DNA of 64,000 nucleotides from Nageia nagi. Lineage: Eukaryota; Plantae; Pinophyta. Shown here one piece after another: positions 1-11,435 of the stretch. A program made the translations under genes and the position numbers. Each line of letters begins with the position of its first letter. The first letter of the stretch is position 1. The notes beneath the pieces are model-generated. The model saw only the letters and a list, made by a program, of their open reading frames with translations, was not told the DNA's origin and searched no databases. The DNA is taken from the NCBI GenBank assembly GCA_050084985.1, contig JBITNC010000001.1, positions 98,270,001 through 98,334,000 of the forward strand, written 5' to 3'.

Positions 1-310
1 GCAAATTTGTCAGCTTCAAAAGAACTTGGATACAAGATTGAAGATCAAGAAGATGTATACATACCGATTCAGTGCTGTAGATTATCCACGATGGATGTGA
101 TTTAATGAGCTCACCATTTGAAATGTAGCATTCCGAGAGGCGATTTTCCCAGGATCTGCAAGCAACTGATGCAAGTTATTCGTGAAAATTCTATAATTTA
201 GAGTTGTTTATATGAACATAAGCTCCCTTATGTTTGTAAATAATACCGTCTTTTCACGGTTGAAATGAGTATTCTCTGTTCTTTTGGAATAATGGCTACT
301 CGGGGTAAAT
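1..310 (+). other. Possible terminal coding exon plus 3' UTR of a host gene entering from upstream of the window
   Basis: Frames 1 and 2 are open from the window edge to stops at about 100-105 (frame 2 reads QICQLQKNLDTRLKIKKMYTYRFSAVDYPRWM*). CpG dinucleotides are retained in 1-310, unlike the depleted flanks. The product is not recognised. Confidence 0.25.
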
Positions 311-780
311 GGTCCTATTAAAGAGAGATTAGGTGCTTAGAGAGTTTAAGTGGGAGCTCAGAGATCTTATTTACTAATTTTTTCTTTAACGATTTATATA
401 ATTCATTAACACACATATATCAAAGATAAATAATGTATATTAAGGAAGGTTGATAATTTGTTCAAGATGCTTTTTGGTATATTATTAGATTTTGATATAT
501 GTTTAATTTTACAATCTTACTTTTTTGTAATTTGATAATAAATGACATTGTTTGTTATGTAAGGTATTTTTGATATTATTTTTGATGTGATGAGGTTTGA
601 CTACCATTGAGGAGATTTCTTTCATCGAAGTAAGCCCTTCTTCTAAAAAGATTTACATTTAGTTTTCAATCATCATTTTATTAGTTCCTTGTAGATAGAT
701 AGATAAGTCTTTTCAAACCCTTGATTTGTAGGACTCAAGTTGTCAATATATATTTATAATATAATAATATATAATATATA

Positions 781-893
781 AGCTTAATCATCAAATGTTT
801 GCATGATGCAAAGAATACAATGCAAATAATATAAAAAAAATAATATATATATATATATATAAGCTTAATCATCAAATGTTTGCATGATGCAAA
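781..893. repeat. Direct duplication of about 32 bp separated by a (TA)n microsatellite
   Basis: agcttaatcatcaaatgtttgcatgatgcaaa occurs at 781 and 862, with (TA)n between the copies. Confidence 0.85.
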
Positions 894-1089
894 AAGAACC
901 TACAATGCATGTGGGAGATTGCTCATTATTTGTTGGCCATAGCATGATCGAGCCATGGAGTCCTCACACTTATGAACTCCTCTCCTTCGAGGCAAATTTT
1001 CCTTCAAGGATGTACTACAAAATTAACCAACCCTTATCTCCCATGGAAAGTCTTATAAACAAATAATAACCTCCTTTTGCATACCTAGA

Positions 1090-2880
1090 GTGGACTCTCT
1101 CAAGAATAAGTTCAAATACATGAAAGCAATAGTTGATATTCCTTTTAACCAACTCAATTGCTCAAATATTAATATAGAAATTGCCCATCTTAACTCTACT
1201 GCCCTAATATGCAAATTTGTTGGTCCACACCTATCACCTAAGAACATAAAACATTGGACGAACACACACTAGATAATGAAGGGAGAGTACATGATTAGTT
1301 TCTACACATGTGGATACTTCTTGGCCTCGTTTACCACGAAGCAAGATTGAGATGATATTTTCCAAAGTGGTCCTTAGTTTCACAATAGTGTCAATATATT
1401 CCTCAAACCTTGACATGCTAACTTCGATCTTGAAGAATAAACTCCAACTATAACTCTAATTTAGGTAAGACTTATAACTCTTCCCCATAGATTTTGGAAT
1501 GAAACTAGTCTTGCCAAGATAGGAAATTCCTTAGGTTCTTACATAAGTTCTTATAATCATACTTTGACTCTCAAACATTTAGCCTATGCTCGTATTTGTA
1601 TATATATGGACCTCCATAACCCTCTCCTTGAGAAAATCCAACTCTAGGTGGTGGGTTATGTGAGAGAGAAACCATTGGATTGTGAGCATATCCCATTTTG
1701 TTGTGTACCTACACTAAATATGAATATTTATCCCGTAGTTATCCCCATGCTTCTCCACCTGAATTGCAACAACCACCACTCATTAATCAACCTCATATAC
1801 AAAAGAGGAAACAACAAGTCCTTACATGATAACTAATCATTAGCAAAGAGATCCCAAATAAACTAATAATTTCCAATCCCTTGAGTCCTTGGATATTTAT
1901 GGTGACCCTGTTACAACAACTACAAGCAACCTTATTAAGCTTGTGACTCCCTTATCTAATGTTTGAGCCCCTTGATATTTTTACTTTCACTATGCCCTCT
2001 GACCTAAAAGACCTGATAAACAATAATAATCTTTAAACTATGAATCACATCTTAGTTATTCCTCATCATGGACACAACTATGGAAGAGACAAGAAGGAAA
2101 ACTTATCCCTCTCCAGCATAAGAAAATACTGACATCTATACCAGTTTAACAAACCATAATAAACCCAAAGGCAAAAATCTAGCCATTAAATAAACTCCAA
2201 ACAACCTCAAATTTTACAATATTGGAGACCACAAGAAAAGAGGTCATCATTAAAAGCAAGAGAAGCTTCAACGGGCTATCTTTCAATGAGCATTGGAGAT
2301 ATATCATAATCTTAGATTGATGATCTTTTAGGCATAAAAAAAATTGAAGTATTTTAATGTATATAATATCTTGAAATATAATATGGATCAATTTTACCCT
2401 CAATAAAAGCAAAACTAAATTCATGGTTACCTATAAGTAACCCACCATCTTGCTTCTTAAAAAATTAAAGACTTCTACAAATGAACTGGATGCTCTTAAA
2501 TTAAAGTTTAGGCCAATAAGTTTAGTTATTATTAGTCATGCCTTTGGTCAATCAAGCAACCTAATTATACTTTGGGATGATTCAAAAGCTCAATGTACAT
2601 TAGATAGTGCTCATCAACATTGTTTGGTTGTTATAGGACATTGTCTTATCACAGGATAATCCTTTGGTTTGATCAACATTTATAATCATCAACATCTTAA
2701 AGAATAATAGGAATGTTGACAATATTTAGTAGCCTAGTTAGCCTTACATTATCACATCCCTTGCATACTAGAGGTTGATTTCAATATCATTCATCATCTT
2801 GGTGAAAAATAAGGAGGTCCAAGAAGAGTGTACTTGAAGATAAATGCTTTTAATGATTTCATTATCTACCAAATGCTTAA
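1090..2880 (+). mobile_element. Degenerate L1-clade LINE: ORF1 (DUF4283-like plus zinc-knuckle region) and the start of the ORF2 endonuclease, 3'-truncated
   Basis: ORF1 motifs: ALICKFVGPHLSPKNIKHW, LPHRFWNETSLAKIGNSLG, AYARICIYMDLHNPL, PLDCEHIPFCC. Endonuclease motifs from about 2380: LIILWD, LINIYN, PCILEVDFNII..GEK*GG, AFNDFI. Many stops and frameshifts. Confidence 0.8.
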
Positions 2881-3349
2881 TATTTTGCTAGGGAAATATT
2901 TTAAAGGTATCAAAGATAATATTAGAATACTCCTATGGTATATGCCTTGAAGGATTATATCCCTGGATATGGTAGCAAGGTAATGTGGCATGCCAAAATA
3001 TAATTAAACTATTAGCTAAAACTATTCTTTAAAACTTTACAAGGCTAACCTTAATGTTAAGCCAAAGCTAATAGTTTACATGGTGAATTGTCATTTTCAT
3101 CATGAACTAATTTTGTAAAAATGGATATGTTGGAATTTTTAAATGAAATTTGAAAACCCCAACTCTAGCTTTAGTTGGGATAAATCATTTAATGGAATAA
3201 AATGAACTAAAAAATCCTAAATGTTTGAGGGTCTTATTGAAAACCAAATTTTTTTTTCTAACCAAGCAAAACTTAAAGCTAACTAAATAGCAAAGAACAA
3301 AAACAAATACTATGTATAATATAATACATTATTATTATTTGATCAATTA

Positions 3350-4700
3350 ACCTTCACATTATGAAAATACTTCTTTAGATGTTGAGCATTGATTGGAAAT
3401 TGTAGCTCTTCTTCTTTAAAAAATTTCAATTTGTAAGAATGTTTCCCAAATTTAAAAGCTATTGGATATAGTCCTAGCCAATTAGGTTCCTATTTCTATT
3501 TATTTTTCAACAATCTTATTTATGGGGTCCCAATAAATAACAATCTCTCCAACCTTGAATGGTTTTCCTTTAGCTCCTTTGTTGAAAGATTCAATAGTCT
3601 TGTCCACTTGCTCTAATATCTCATAAAAAGGTAGCCTTTTTTCTTCATCTAATTGTACCAATTGATGTAACATTTTATGCAAGGGAACAATATATTTTTC
3701 CTTCACCTATTGATATTTTGATTTGTTGGGACTACAGCAGAAGAATTGAGAGGTATTTGATTTGCATTTTGGTCATTTTCCATTATGGTAAGGATATGAT
3801 ATTTTGATCTATGGTAGGACTTAACGGATCAAGAATTATCTTATTGGTTTTAACCTTAAGGAGGACTCAAGGGTTTGCTAATTCAAGTAATATTTTCTTA
3901 TTCTTACTTCCAATATTAGCCAAAATAACTAAGATTTTTAAAGGATGAAGTCGCCAACATTGTAGGTGCAATTTCTTTTAGATTTTATAGTCGATGATAT
4001 GTAAAATAGAGAGCAATTTTTGGTAGAGGTGAATTCAAATTGACTTTGAATCCTTCCTTGTAATTACGCTAAAGAAACTATTGTGGAAAAATATATGACA
4101 CCTTCATATTATGAAGCTAAGTGTCACTAATTGCATATTTTATAATATGTTGTCAACTCAACACCAACAAATATGAGATTACTTGACTATAAACTTCAGT
4201 TTATATATATTTCTCTAGTTACTTCAATATTTTAGATCTAGGGTTGTAACCTTTTTTTTATATCTTTATATTTGACATGTAAATGTTCTACTGACTAGAA
4301 TTTAAATGCTAAAAAATAGTCAAAGCGATGATTAATGATAATAGTTTAGAGACCCACTTAGCATGCAAGTGGATCTCAATGTAAAGTTTGATGCCAAGAT
4401 GGGTTAAAGGGGTGTGTTTGAAGTGTCTAAAATCTATATTTATTGATAAATATATTAGCTACTTTTCAAACTATAGAGAGATTTAGGATTATGTTGTAAA
4501 ACCAATCAAATGCTTCATCATTGAACTCATATGGAAGAATCTAACCATTAGCTTTTAATCATTACTAAACTTTGTATTGTATTCTTAAAAAATAACAATA
4601 AATGCTACCTTATATATTATTCTCTATTAAATATTCTAAATATAGGAGATTTGTCGTTTTAGGGGAAGGGGAATTTCTAAATACCCAAAGAAAAAGGACT
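3350..4700 (-). mobile_element. Degenerate, internally deleted Ty3/gypsy remnant (gag fragment plus integrase C-terminus)
   Basis: Minus strand 3350-3710 reads QLVQLDEEKR...FNKGAKGKPFKVGEIVIYWD...EPNWLGLY...PINAQHLKKYF, the gypsy integrase tail. About 4430-4680 reads PYEFNDEAFDWFYN, which is gag-like. Confidence 0.65.
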
Positions 4701-4985
4701 TTAGCTAAGATTATTGTAAGAGTAATGTGAATAACCTTGTAGTATAATATATTTTGTATCAACCTTGGTCTAATAGCTTCCTTAATTATGTTATTTATGA
4801 ATCTACATGTATCATTTTGATTATTTTATGTTTGCTAATTAATTTGAATATTTTGATTATGTTATAAGAAAAATTGGTATTCTTTATTCATATAATTATC
4901 TTTAAATATTTGTTCAGGTAGATTTAGATGGGATGATGAAGTCATGATGCCCTAAGATCAAATTTACGATCTTAGATCACATACA

Positions 4986-5220
4986 TTTTTTTTATAGGTC
5001 ACTCCCTTTGCAGGGAGAAGAGACTATGGCATTAGATTTCATGATTGAGGGGCATCCACCCCGTCAAAATCCACCCAGGGCATGATCCTGATCTCGTCTT
5101 CACCTACCATCAACTTGATAGGATTTTTGATATATTTCAATAAGTAGTAGGGAGACTTGAACCCGGGTCTCTTATTTCTTGAGAGTTTCAACTACCCATC
5201 TCCAACTCGCCTATCCGTCA
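4986..5220 (-). mobile_element. tRNA-derived SINE
   Basis: Minus strand has an A-box-like TAGGCGAGTTGG (5213-5202) and a B-box GGTTCAAGTCTCC (5163-5151), about 39 nt apart. A ~165-nt body follows and ends in an A8 tail (T-run 4986-4993). The flanks atacattt/attcattt are an imperfect direct repeat. Confidence 0.7.
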
Positions 5221-5530
5221 ATTCATTTATATATATATATATATGATTATTAGAAGTATTTTTTCTTAATTGCCAAGTTCACCCAAATCAAAGGGTATGG
5301 GTATTATTTTTATATGGTTAGGTATCAAAGAAAAATAGTGACAAAACTTAGGGTTCCAACCAAAAATATTTTTATTAATCAATTTTTGATAAATACAAAT
5401 AAAAAGAATTAGGTGTTAACACATAAAAATGATTTTATGTTTTTAAATCAATAAATTAATGAAATATGCTTGGCCTAACTATATGTCTTGAATAGATTAA
5501 AGTGATAATATCAATGTTTGGCTTGAATAT

Positions 5531-5614
5531 GAATATTGTATGGGTTATCTTGAATATTGCATGGGTTATCTTGAATATTGTATGGTTTATCTTGAGTATT
5601 GCATGAATTATCTT
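5531..5614. repeat. 21-bp tandem repeat, 4 copies
   Basis: gaatattgYatgggttatctt is repeated from 5531 with period 21. Confidence 0.9.
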
Positions 5615-6195
5615 GTTTATTGATGTATTTATCTTAAATCTTATGAATTAACCTTATTTATGTGGATGCACGCCGACCTATGGGAGGTATTACCTATATC
5701 TATATAAATAAGGGATCTAATAGTAAGTCCACAACAACAAGGATACACATGATCCCGCGTATGGTCTTGTAAGTGGCTACCCCTTAAGGTATCTCTTGGT
5801 ACCGCCTACAAAGCTGTGGTTTGTGTGCTTCCTTTCGCGAGCTATCCTGACATCTATGATCTATTCTGATATCACACTGTTATCTGAGACATCCGTATTA
5901 AAGCTCTGGACTTGATTGAGAGATCAAAAATCATCAAAAGAAGGCCGCCGGTGCTCCCTTATGAACTAGGAACACCGCCGACGCTCTATTATCTCTGAAA
6001 CGGACCGACCGCAGTCCTCTTTTTGCATCTTCACAGGTGACTACATTTTTGAGAGGCAGTTCATCATCAGTACATCGCCAACATCTTCATCTTTCATTGT
6101 CAGGTACGTTCCGTGAGGTAAGTATACAAACCATAGTCTTGTTTGATATAATTACAATTACATTTCTGAATTGGTTATTTTGTTTATTGTTATCT

Positions 6196-6396
6196 AGAAT
6201 AAATTGCTATCTTTAGTTCAAATACAAATATATTGGGTTTGTAGATATTTATCTATTTATTTATTTGCATGCTCAATTTTATTTGTAAACATTTGTGAGA
6301 ATAAATTGCTATCCGTAGCTCAAATACCGATAATATTGAGTTTGTAGATATTTGCTTATTTATTTATTTACACGCTCAATTTTATTTGTAAACATT
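6196..6396. repeat. Tandem duplication of about 100 bp
   Basis: agaataaattgctatc...gctcaattttatttgtaaacatt occurs twice (about 6196 and about 6298). Confidence 0.9.
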
Positions 6397-8439
6397 AGGT
6401 TTTACCAATTTGCACATAATAATCAATAATATATTAATATATACATATTATTATATTTACAAAAGTAAAATAGATCAATAAAAACATTTAATATACGATT
6501 CAATAATCAAGGTCATGCAAAATTCATAAGAGGAGATATTGAAAAGATTTATCTTGAGGATGGAGTATTGTTAGAGAACAACTTGTGGTCTTGTAGGGTG
6601 AACCCTAATTGCATCCAAATGATAGATCTAGATAATTCTAAATATGTTGACCTTGAAGATGAATTTAAAATGATGATTCTAAAAATTATTTTTTTAAAGT
6701 TGGTTTTGCTTGAGATTATACAATAACAAATGTGTAAGCATTTTATAATGATTTGGTTGAGCTACAGAGGATCCCAAGCCTTGGGATCAAAGTGTTCACA
6801 TTATAGGCCTAAGAGCCAAAGCATTGGACTTTTGATCTTGATGCTTGTATTTGGTTGCACTTCTTCCAAGATATTTATTTCAACTTCTTAGATGTTTATG
6901 CAATTCAACTATGATGATAGAAGATGATATTGCACACATTGATTGTAACAATCCTGTTACACCTTCAAGATTGAATGCTTTCCAAAATTTTGTAATGATC
7001 CATTCAATTTTGTTACTTTCGAAAAAATCAACTATGAATGGGAACATGATTTAACAAATAAAATATGATTATATGTTATATTTGTGACAAATTGATGTTG
7101 GTTCAAGATTTTTTATGACACAAGAAACGAGTCAATTTAACGAGAGAATCAAGATGGAGATCCTAGGGAACCAAGATGAGTGGTTACAGGAACGGATTGG
7201 TAAGAGTGAGGAAATGATTGACATCGAATTATTGATAGATTCATAAGGACCTTCGTAGATCATATAGTTGCACATCATAATTTTATGTTTTGATCCTTAT
7301 GATATGTGTGATGCTTGAATATATGTGAGTGTACACTAACGAAGCTTACCTTGCAGGATGAAGAGACCTCTGCAAGTAAATATTATTCTAAGAATGTTGT
7401 GTGTTTTCTTGAATTGGTTTGGAAAATTTAAAATTAGCAATTTTTCAAACAAGGAATATTCCACCTATTCAAATTTTAAATTTTTACTAAAGAACCTTGT
7501 TTTACAACAATAAAAATTTAAGAAAAAGATAAATTTTAAAGACAAAGGATTTCTCATCTTTCATAGGGGTTACAAGGCATTTTGGTGCCTTGCTAAAATA
7601 TTAGAAAGAAACACCCCACACAACTTGTCTCTTTTTGTTAGGTGCAACATGATAGATAAAATATTTTATTTATAATGTTAGATGCAAAATTATTTTTGGA
7701 AGGTATAAGAGCCTAAAAACAAAAATTATCCCAAACCCCTTACAAAAAAAATAAAAACACCACACCCTACGTATAAAAGTTGATGAGATAGATAAATAGT
7801 GTTTTCCTTTGAAGGATTATACCACATTTTAATTATAAATATTAGGGACCCTTAAGAGAATACCATTATTTTCTTTTCTCTCTTTCTAAGAGTCTTGGCC
7901 TAGATTCATGTGGGGAAAAGGAGCATCTTCTCAATTATCTAGGTGCTTCCTCTTATTTTTAGTATTTAGATGTTAAAATCTTATGTCTAACATATGATAC
8001 AAATCTTTATATGATATATTGTTCTTTAAAGTATTGAAGAATGATATTAATTTTAGATTTTAATAGTTGAATAAGAAGGGAATAACATGTGACTCTACAA
8101 GTACAAAATTATCTTATAACCTTACATAGAGAGGGTATTTTAATATTCTTACTAGTTTTCAAGTTGGCTTGTTACATGTGAAGATTATAGTACTCTTATT
8201 GGATACCTTGACATGTAAATTTATTTCATGAATTATCATTTTATAATTAATGGAGGCAATGTAATACATGTATTCACTTGTCTCAAAAAACAAAAAAGGA
8301 AGCTAATCTTGAAAGGGTGATTTTTGCTTTCTTTTAGAAATTACTTTAATAGCTAAATAAACTAAGACCATGTGATTGAGAACTTAGTATAAAAGTACAA
8401 CACATAAAGGAGTCATAAAATTACTATAGATTGAATTAT

Positions 8440-9210
8440 TCTATGAATAGTCCCTTCTTTACAAATTTAAATCATTAAGCCATTTAGAGATGCCATGGAT
8501 ACCTTTGTCGTAGCTCCTTGAAAACCTAGTATGGAAATAGATAAAATAAAGGAGTGATGCTTCTTGAACCTTGTGCACCTTCCTTGTCTGCAAAATTGAT
8601 TTCAACACTAGATAATTAATTTCATACTTCCCATGGTAGCATACGTTGTGAGAATGTTGATATGGCATGGAGAATGTGCTCCAATCGACTCTCAAATCCT
8701 TCTACATTTTCACCCTTATAGACCATCAATTTGCATTCATTAAGTTTCTTATCAAATATTTCAAAATACTCTTCCAAATGAATCTATTGGGGCATATCTC
8801 ACAACTAGAAGACTACATTCTGTAAGGGATCTTTGGCAAATCCATTCACAGTCCCTCTAAATGTATTTACATCAAATATATTACACTCAAGAAGATAACA
8901 CTTAGGTGATATTCCTTGGTCTTTATATAGAGTTTATCATATGCTCTTTGTAATATATATGTGTGTTCATGAAGCCCATATAAATCCCATTTGAATGAGG
9001 CATTCATAAGCCTTTCCCATGTATCCATTTTGGGAAGATCATGCGATCATTTCGGCCTATGAAATTGTAGCATTCTATCAAGTGATTCACATGTCCTTTT
9101 AATGCCTCATGTACATATTTTGTGCTCATTATGATCATAAGAATGGATTTGAGGAGGGTCTTTGCTAATAAAGTTTTTAGGATCTTCCCAATGTACTCGC
9201 TTGGCTCCAT
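8440..9210 (-). mobile_element. Highly decayed LTR-retrotransposon internal fragment (gag-like plus integrase zinc-finger-like pieces)
   Basis: Minus strand reads VFKELRQRYPWHL*MA**FKFVKE, which resembles the integrase motif L.QRYYW..M..DV..FVK.C. Upstream KGENVEGFESRLEHIL is gag-like. The signal is weak. Confidence 0.35.
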
Positions 9211-9225
9211 TACATCTCAAGATAT

Positions 9226-9759
9226 TGTTAATCACGCATTCATGTCTATGTAAAATATGAAGGATTTGCATTATAAAGAATACAATCCTAAATGCCCAAG
9301 ATTATATGGAAGCTCACACATTCAACACTATTCTAAGGAATAAGCAATCTCACAAAGTAACTCAAGATGTACAGTGGTTCCTCCAACTAGGAGTACATCC
9401 ACTAACTAGATCTTTACTTCAATCACAAATACAACTCTCTTACAATCCTCCTAATCTCAACTACTACACTTCTATCCTATAGCATAATTTTACTCCACAA
9501 TTGGTGTGTGATCAAAAAGAGGGAGCCTTCTATTTATAGGCCAAAATCCCTCTTTGGATCACCCTTGTATCCAATGTACAAAAGCATGACATGCACATCT
9601 TTTTACCTAAGGGGCATGCTTATGACATGGAGTGTAGGACAAGTTACATTATCACATTCACTTAAATACTTAAGGTATCAAATGATACCTTTTAGGATTA
9701 GTGAACTTACATAGAATATTTAATACAAACCTTTACAATAATGCATTATCATTCCAACA
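9226..9759 (-). mobile_element. LTR, probably the 3' LTR of a decayed minus-strand element
   Basis: Minus strand TGTTGG...TTAACA with TATA box cctataaatag. It shares the motif gtgga(t)gtactcc...tggaggaaccact.tacatcttg.gttact with the LTRs at 10274 and 17553. A PPT-like gggcggtat lies immediately upstream on the minus strand. Confidence 0.65.
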
Positions 9760-10273
9760 AAATACCGCCCATAAGGTTATGATTGGAAGAAATATATTAT
9801 CAAATCATTCTCAAGCCTCCTAATACATTTGGGTATTTTTAAGATATTGTATTCATATAACCCTTATAATTCATCCATTATACATATTTGACAACTATGA
9901 GGCTACTAGTAAATAAGGTACTTAGTCAAATATTTCATAGATCTTTTATGGACTTATCATGTGATTATCATAGACTAAAAGACTACTTTTTGACAAGGCA
10001 ATGAGTCGTAATAATTCATAGGTTCTTTCATCGTAAATAAGCTTGTTGATAAAAAAATAACTTGTAGATCTTCTTAAGGCATTGTTTGATCTTAAGTTTA
10101 CCTGTTAATGAGGCATTTTATCAAATAATACAATGTCATCTTCAACATACTGCAACACAGCACCTCAACAAGGCATTATGTCAAATAATTCATTCATTTG
10201 GAGGCACATCAACGAAGCATTTTGCCAAACACATTATAGATCCATTTTGCCTATCCAATTGACACCTATCCTA

Positions 10274-10833
10274 TGTTAGAACTATAATGTTATTTAGGGC
10301 ATTATGTAATTAATAAGGTTAGCATATTAATAATCACCTAAATTTGGTTATTAGATGATAACGAGGTTCATGCATGGTGGGTGGAATAGTATTCTCCACT
10401 AGCAATTAAATGTAATTTTTAAATTGTAACTTAGGGTTAACTAACCAGTTATGGTTAGGTTAGTTAACTACCTAAGGTTAGTTGTGAGTCCTATAAAAGG
10501 AGCTCAGATTGTGAACATAGGTATGGGGATGAAGATGAGAAGTGGATAGAATTATAGTTGTTAGTATAGATCTTAGTTAGTAAGATTTTAAGCATTCAAA
10601 CTATGTTTCGTGTTAAGGAGAGCATGGTTGAAATCCATATGAATGTACATTATTTGAGAGTATAGTGAAAAAGAGACCTAAAGTGGAGTACTCCATGTGA
10701 TGGAGGAACCACTATACATCTTGTGTTACTATGTGAGAATGCTTCTTGAGTTCTTAGTTTAGAATGATTGATTTCTATATTAGATGAAGGTCCTACAAGT
10801 GTTCTTGGGTTATGGAATCCTTCAATTCCATTA
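10274..10833 (+). repeat. 5' LTR (560 bp)
   Basis: tgttagaactataatg...ttccatta, with the terminal CA mutated to TA. TATA box cctataaaagg at about 10490. Confidence 0.92.
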
Positions 10834-10835
10834 AA

Positions 10836-10847
10836 TGGTATCAAAGC
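10836..10847 (+). promoter_or_regulatory. Primer-binding site (tRNA-iMet)
   Basis: tggtatcaaagc differs by one base from canonical TGGTATCAGAGC and lies 2 nt after the LTR. Confidence 0.9.
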
Positions 10848-11399
10848 GACCTTCTGGTGATCTCTCTCAAATATCTACATGGTAATTTTGAGGTAACTTC
10901 TTCAAATTAAGGTATATATATACTCTTATCTTATTTAAAGTTTCATGTGAAACTTAAATATTTAGTCCATTTCAATTGCTAATTATAAAATTGAAATTTT
11001 GATGTTTATACTAACATACTTTATTTTGAGGTTAATGGGCTCAAATTTAAGGTAAAATTTTACCTTAACCACATGTTAGTAGTATTTTTTTTGCTAAATA
11101 ACATATGTTATAAAGTTAGATTGCAAATCTTATGATTTTAAGACTAACATATTTAAGCTCATGTTATGGATAAAATCTAACATTTTATGTTAGTTGCATG
11201 TTAATAGTACAAAAATTGCAATTTTTTACAATATATGTTACTATTAAAAAATTACAAATCATACTATTTTAAAGAAATGAAAAGATAATTATCCATTTTT
11301 TCAGTAAATTTGCTTTAATATATGTACTTAATTTTTTATGTTAGATTAATGGTTCTAAAATCTAACATTTATTGTTCGACATATTAGTAGTATAAATTG

Positions 11400-11435
<36 letters not shown>

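Larger units (their letters stand above)
5387..6407 (+). mobile_element. Probable solo LTR of about 1.0 kb
   Basis: Termini TGATAAA...TTTACCA and flanks ATTTT/ATTTG (4 of 5 match as TSD). TATA box tatataaata at 5701. Internal tandem repeats. Boundaries are uncertain. Confidence 0.5.

Noticed and set aside
5151-5220. Genuine tRNA gene
   Set aside because: A and B boxes are present, but there is no convincing cloverleaf, and the sequence continues into a body and A-tail, which fits a SINE.
6420-7650. Possible old minus-strand LTR fragment ending at tgcaaca (about 7649)
   Set aside because: It has LTR-like composition only, with no partner LTR, TSD, PBS or PPT to support boundaries.
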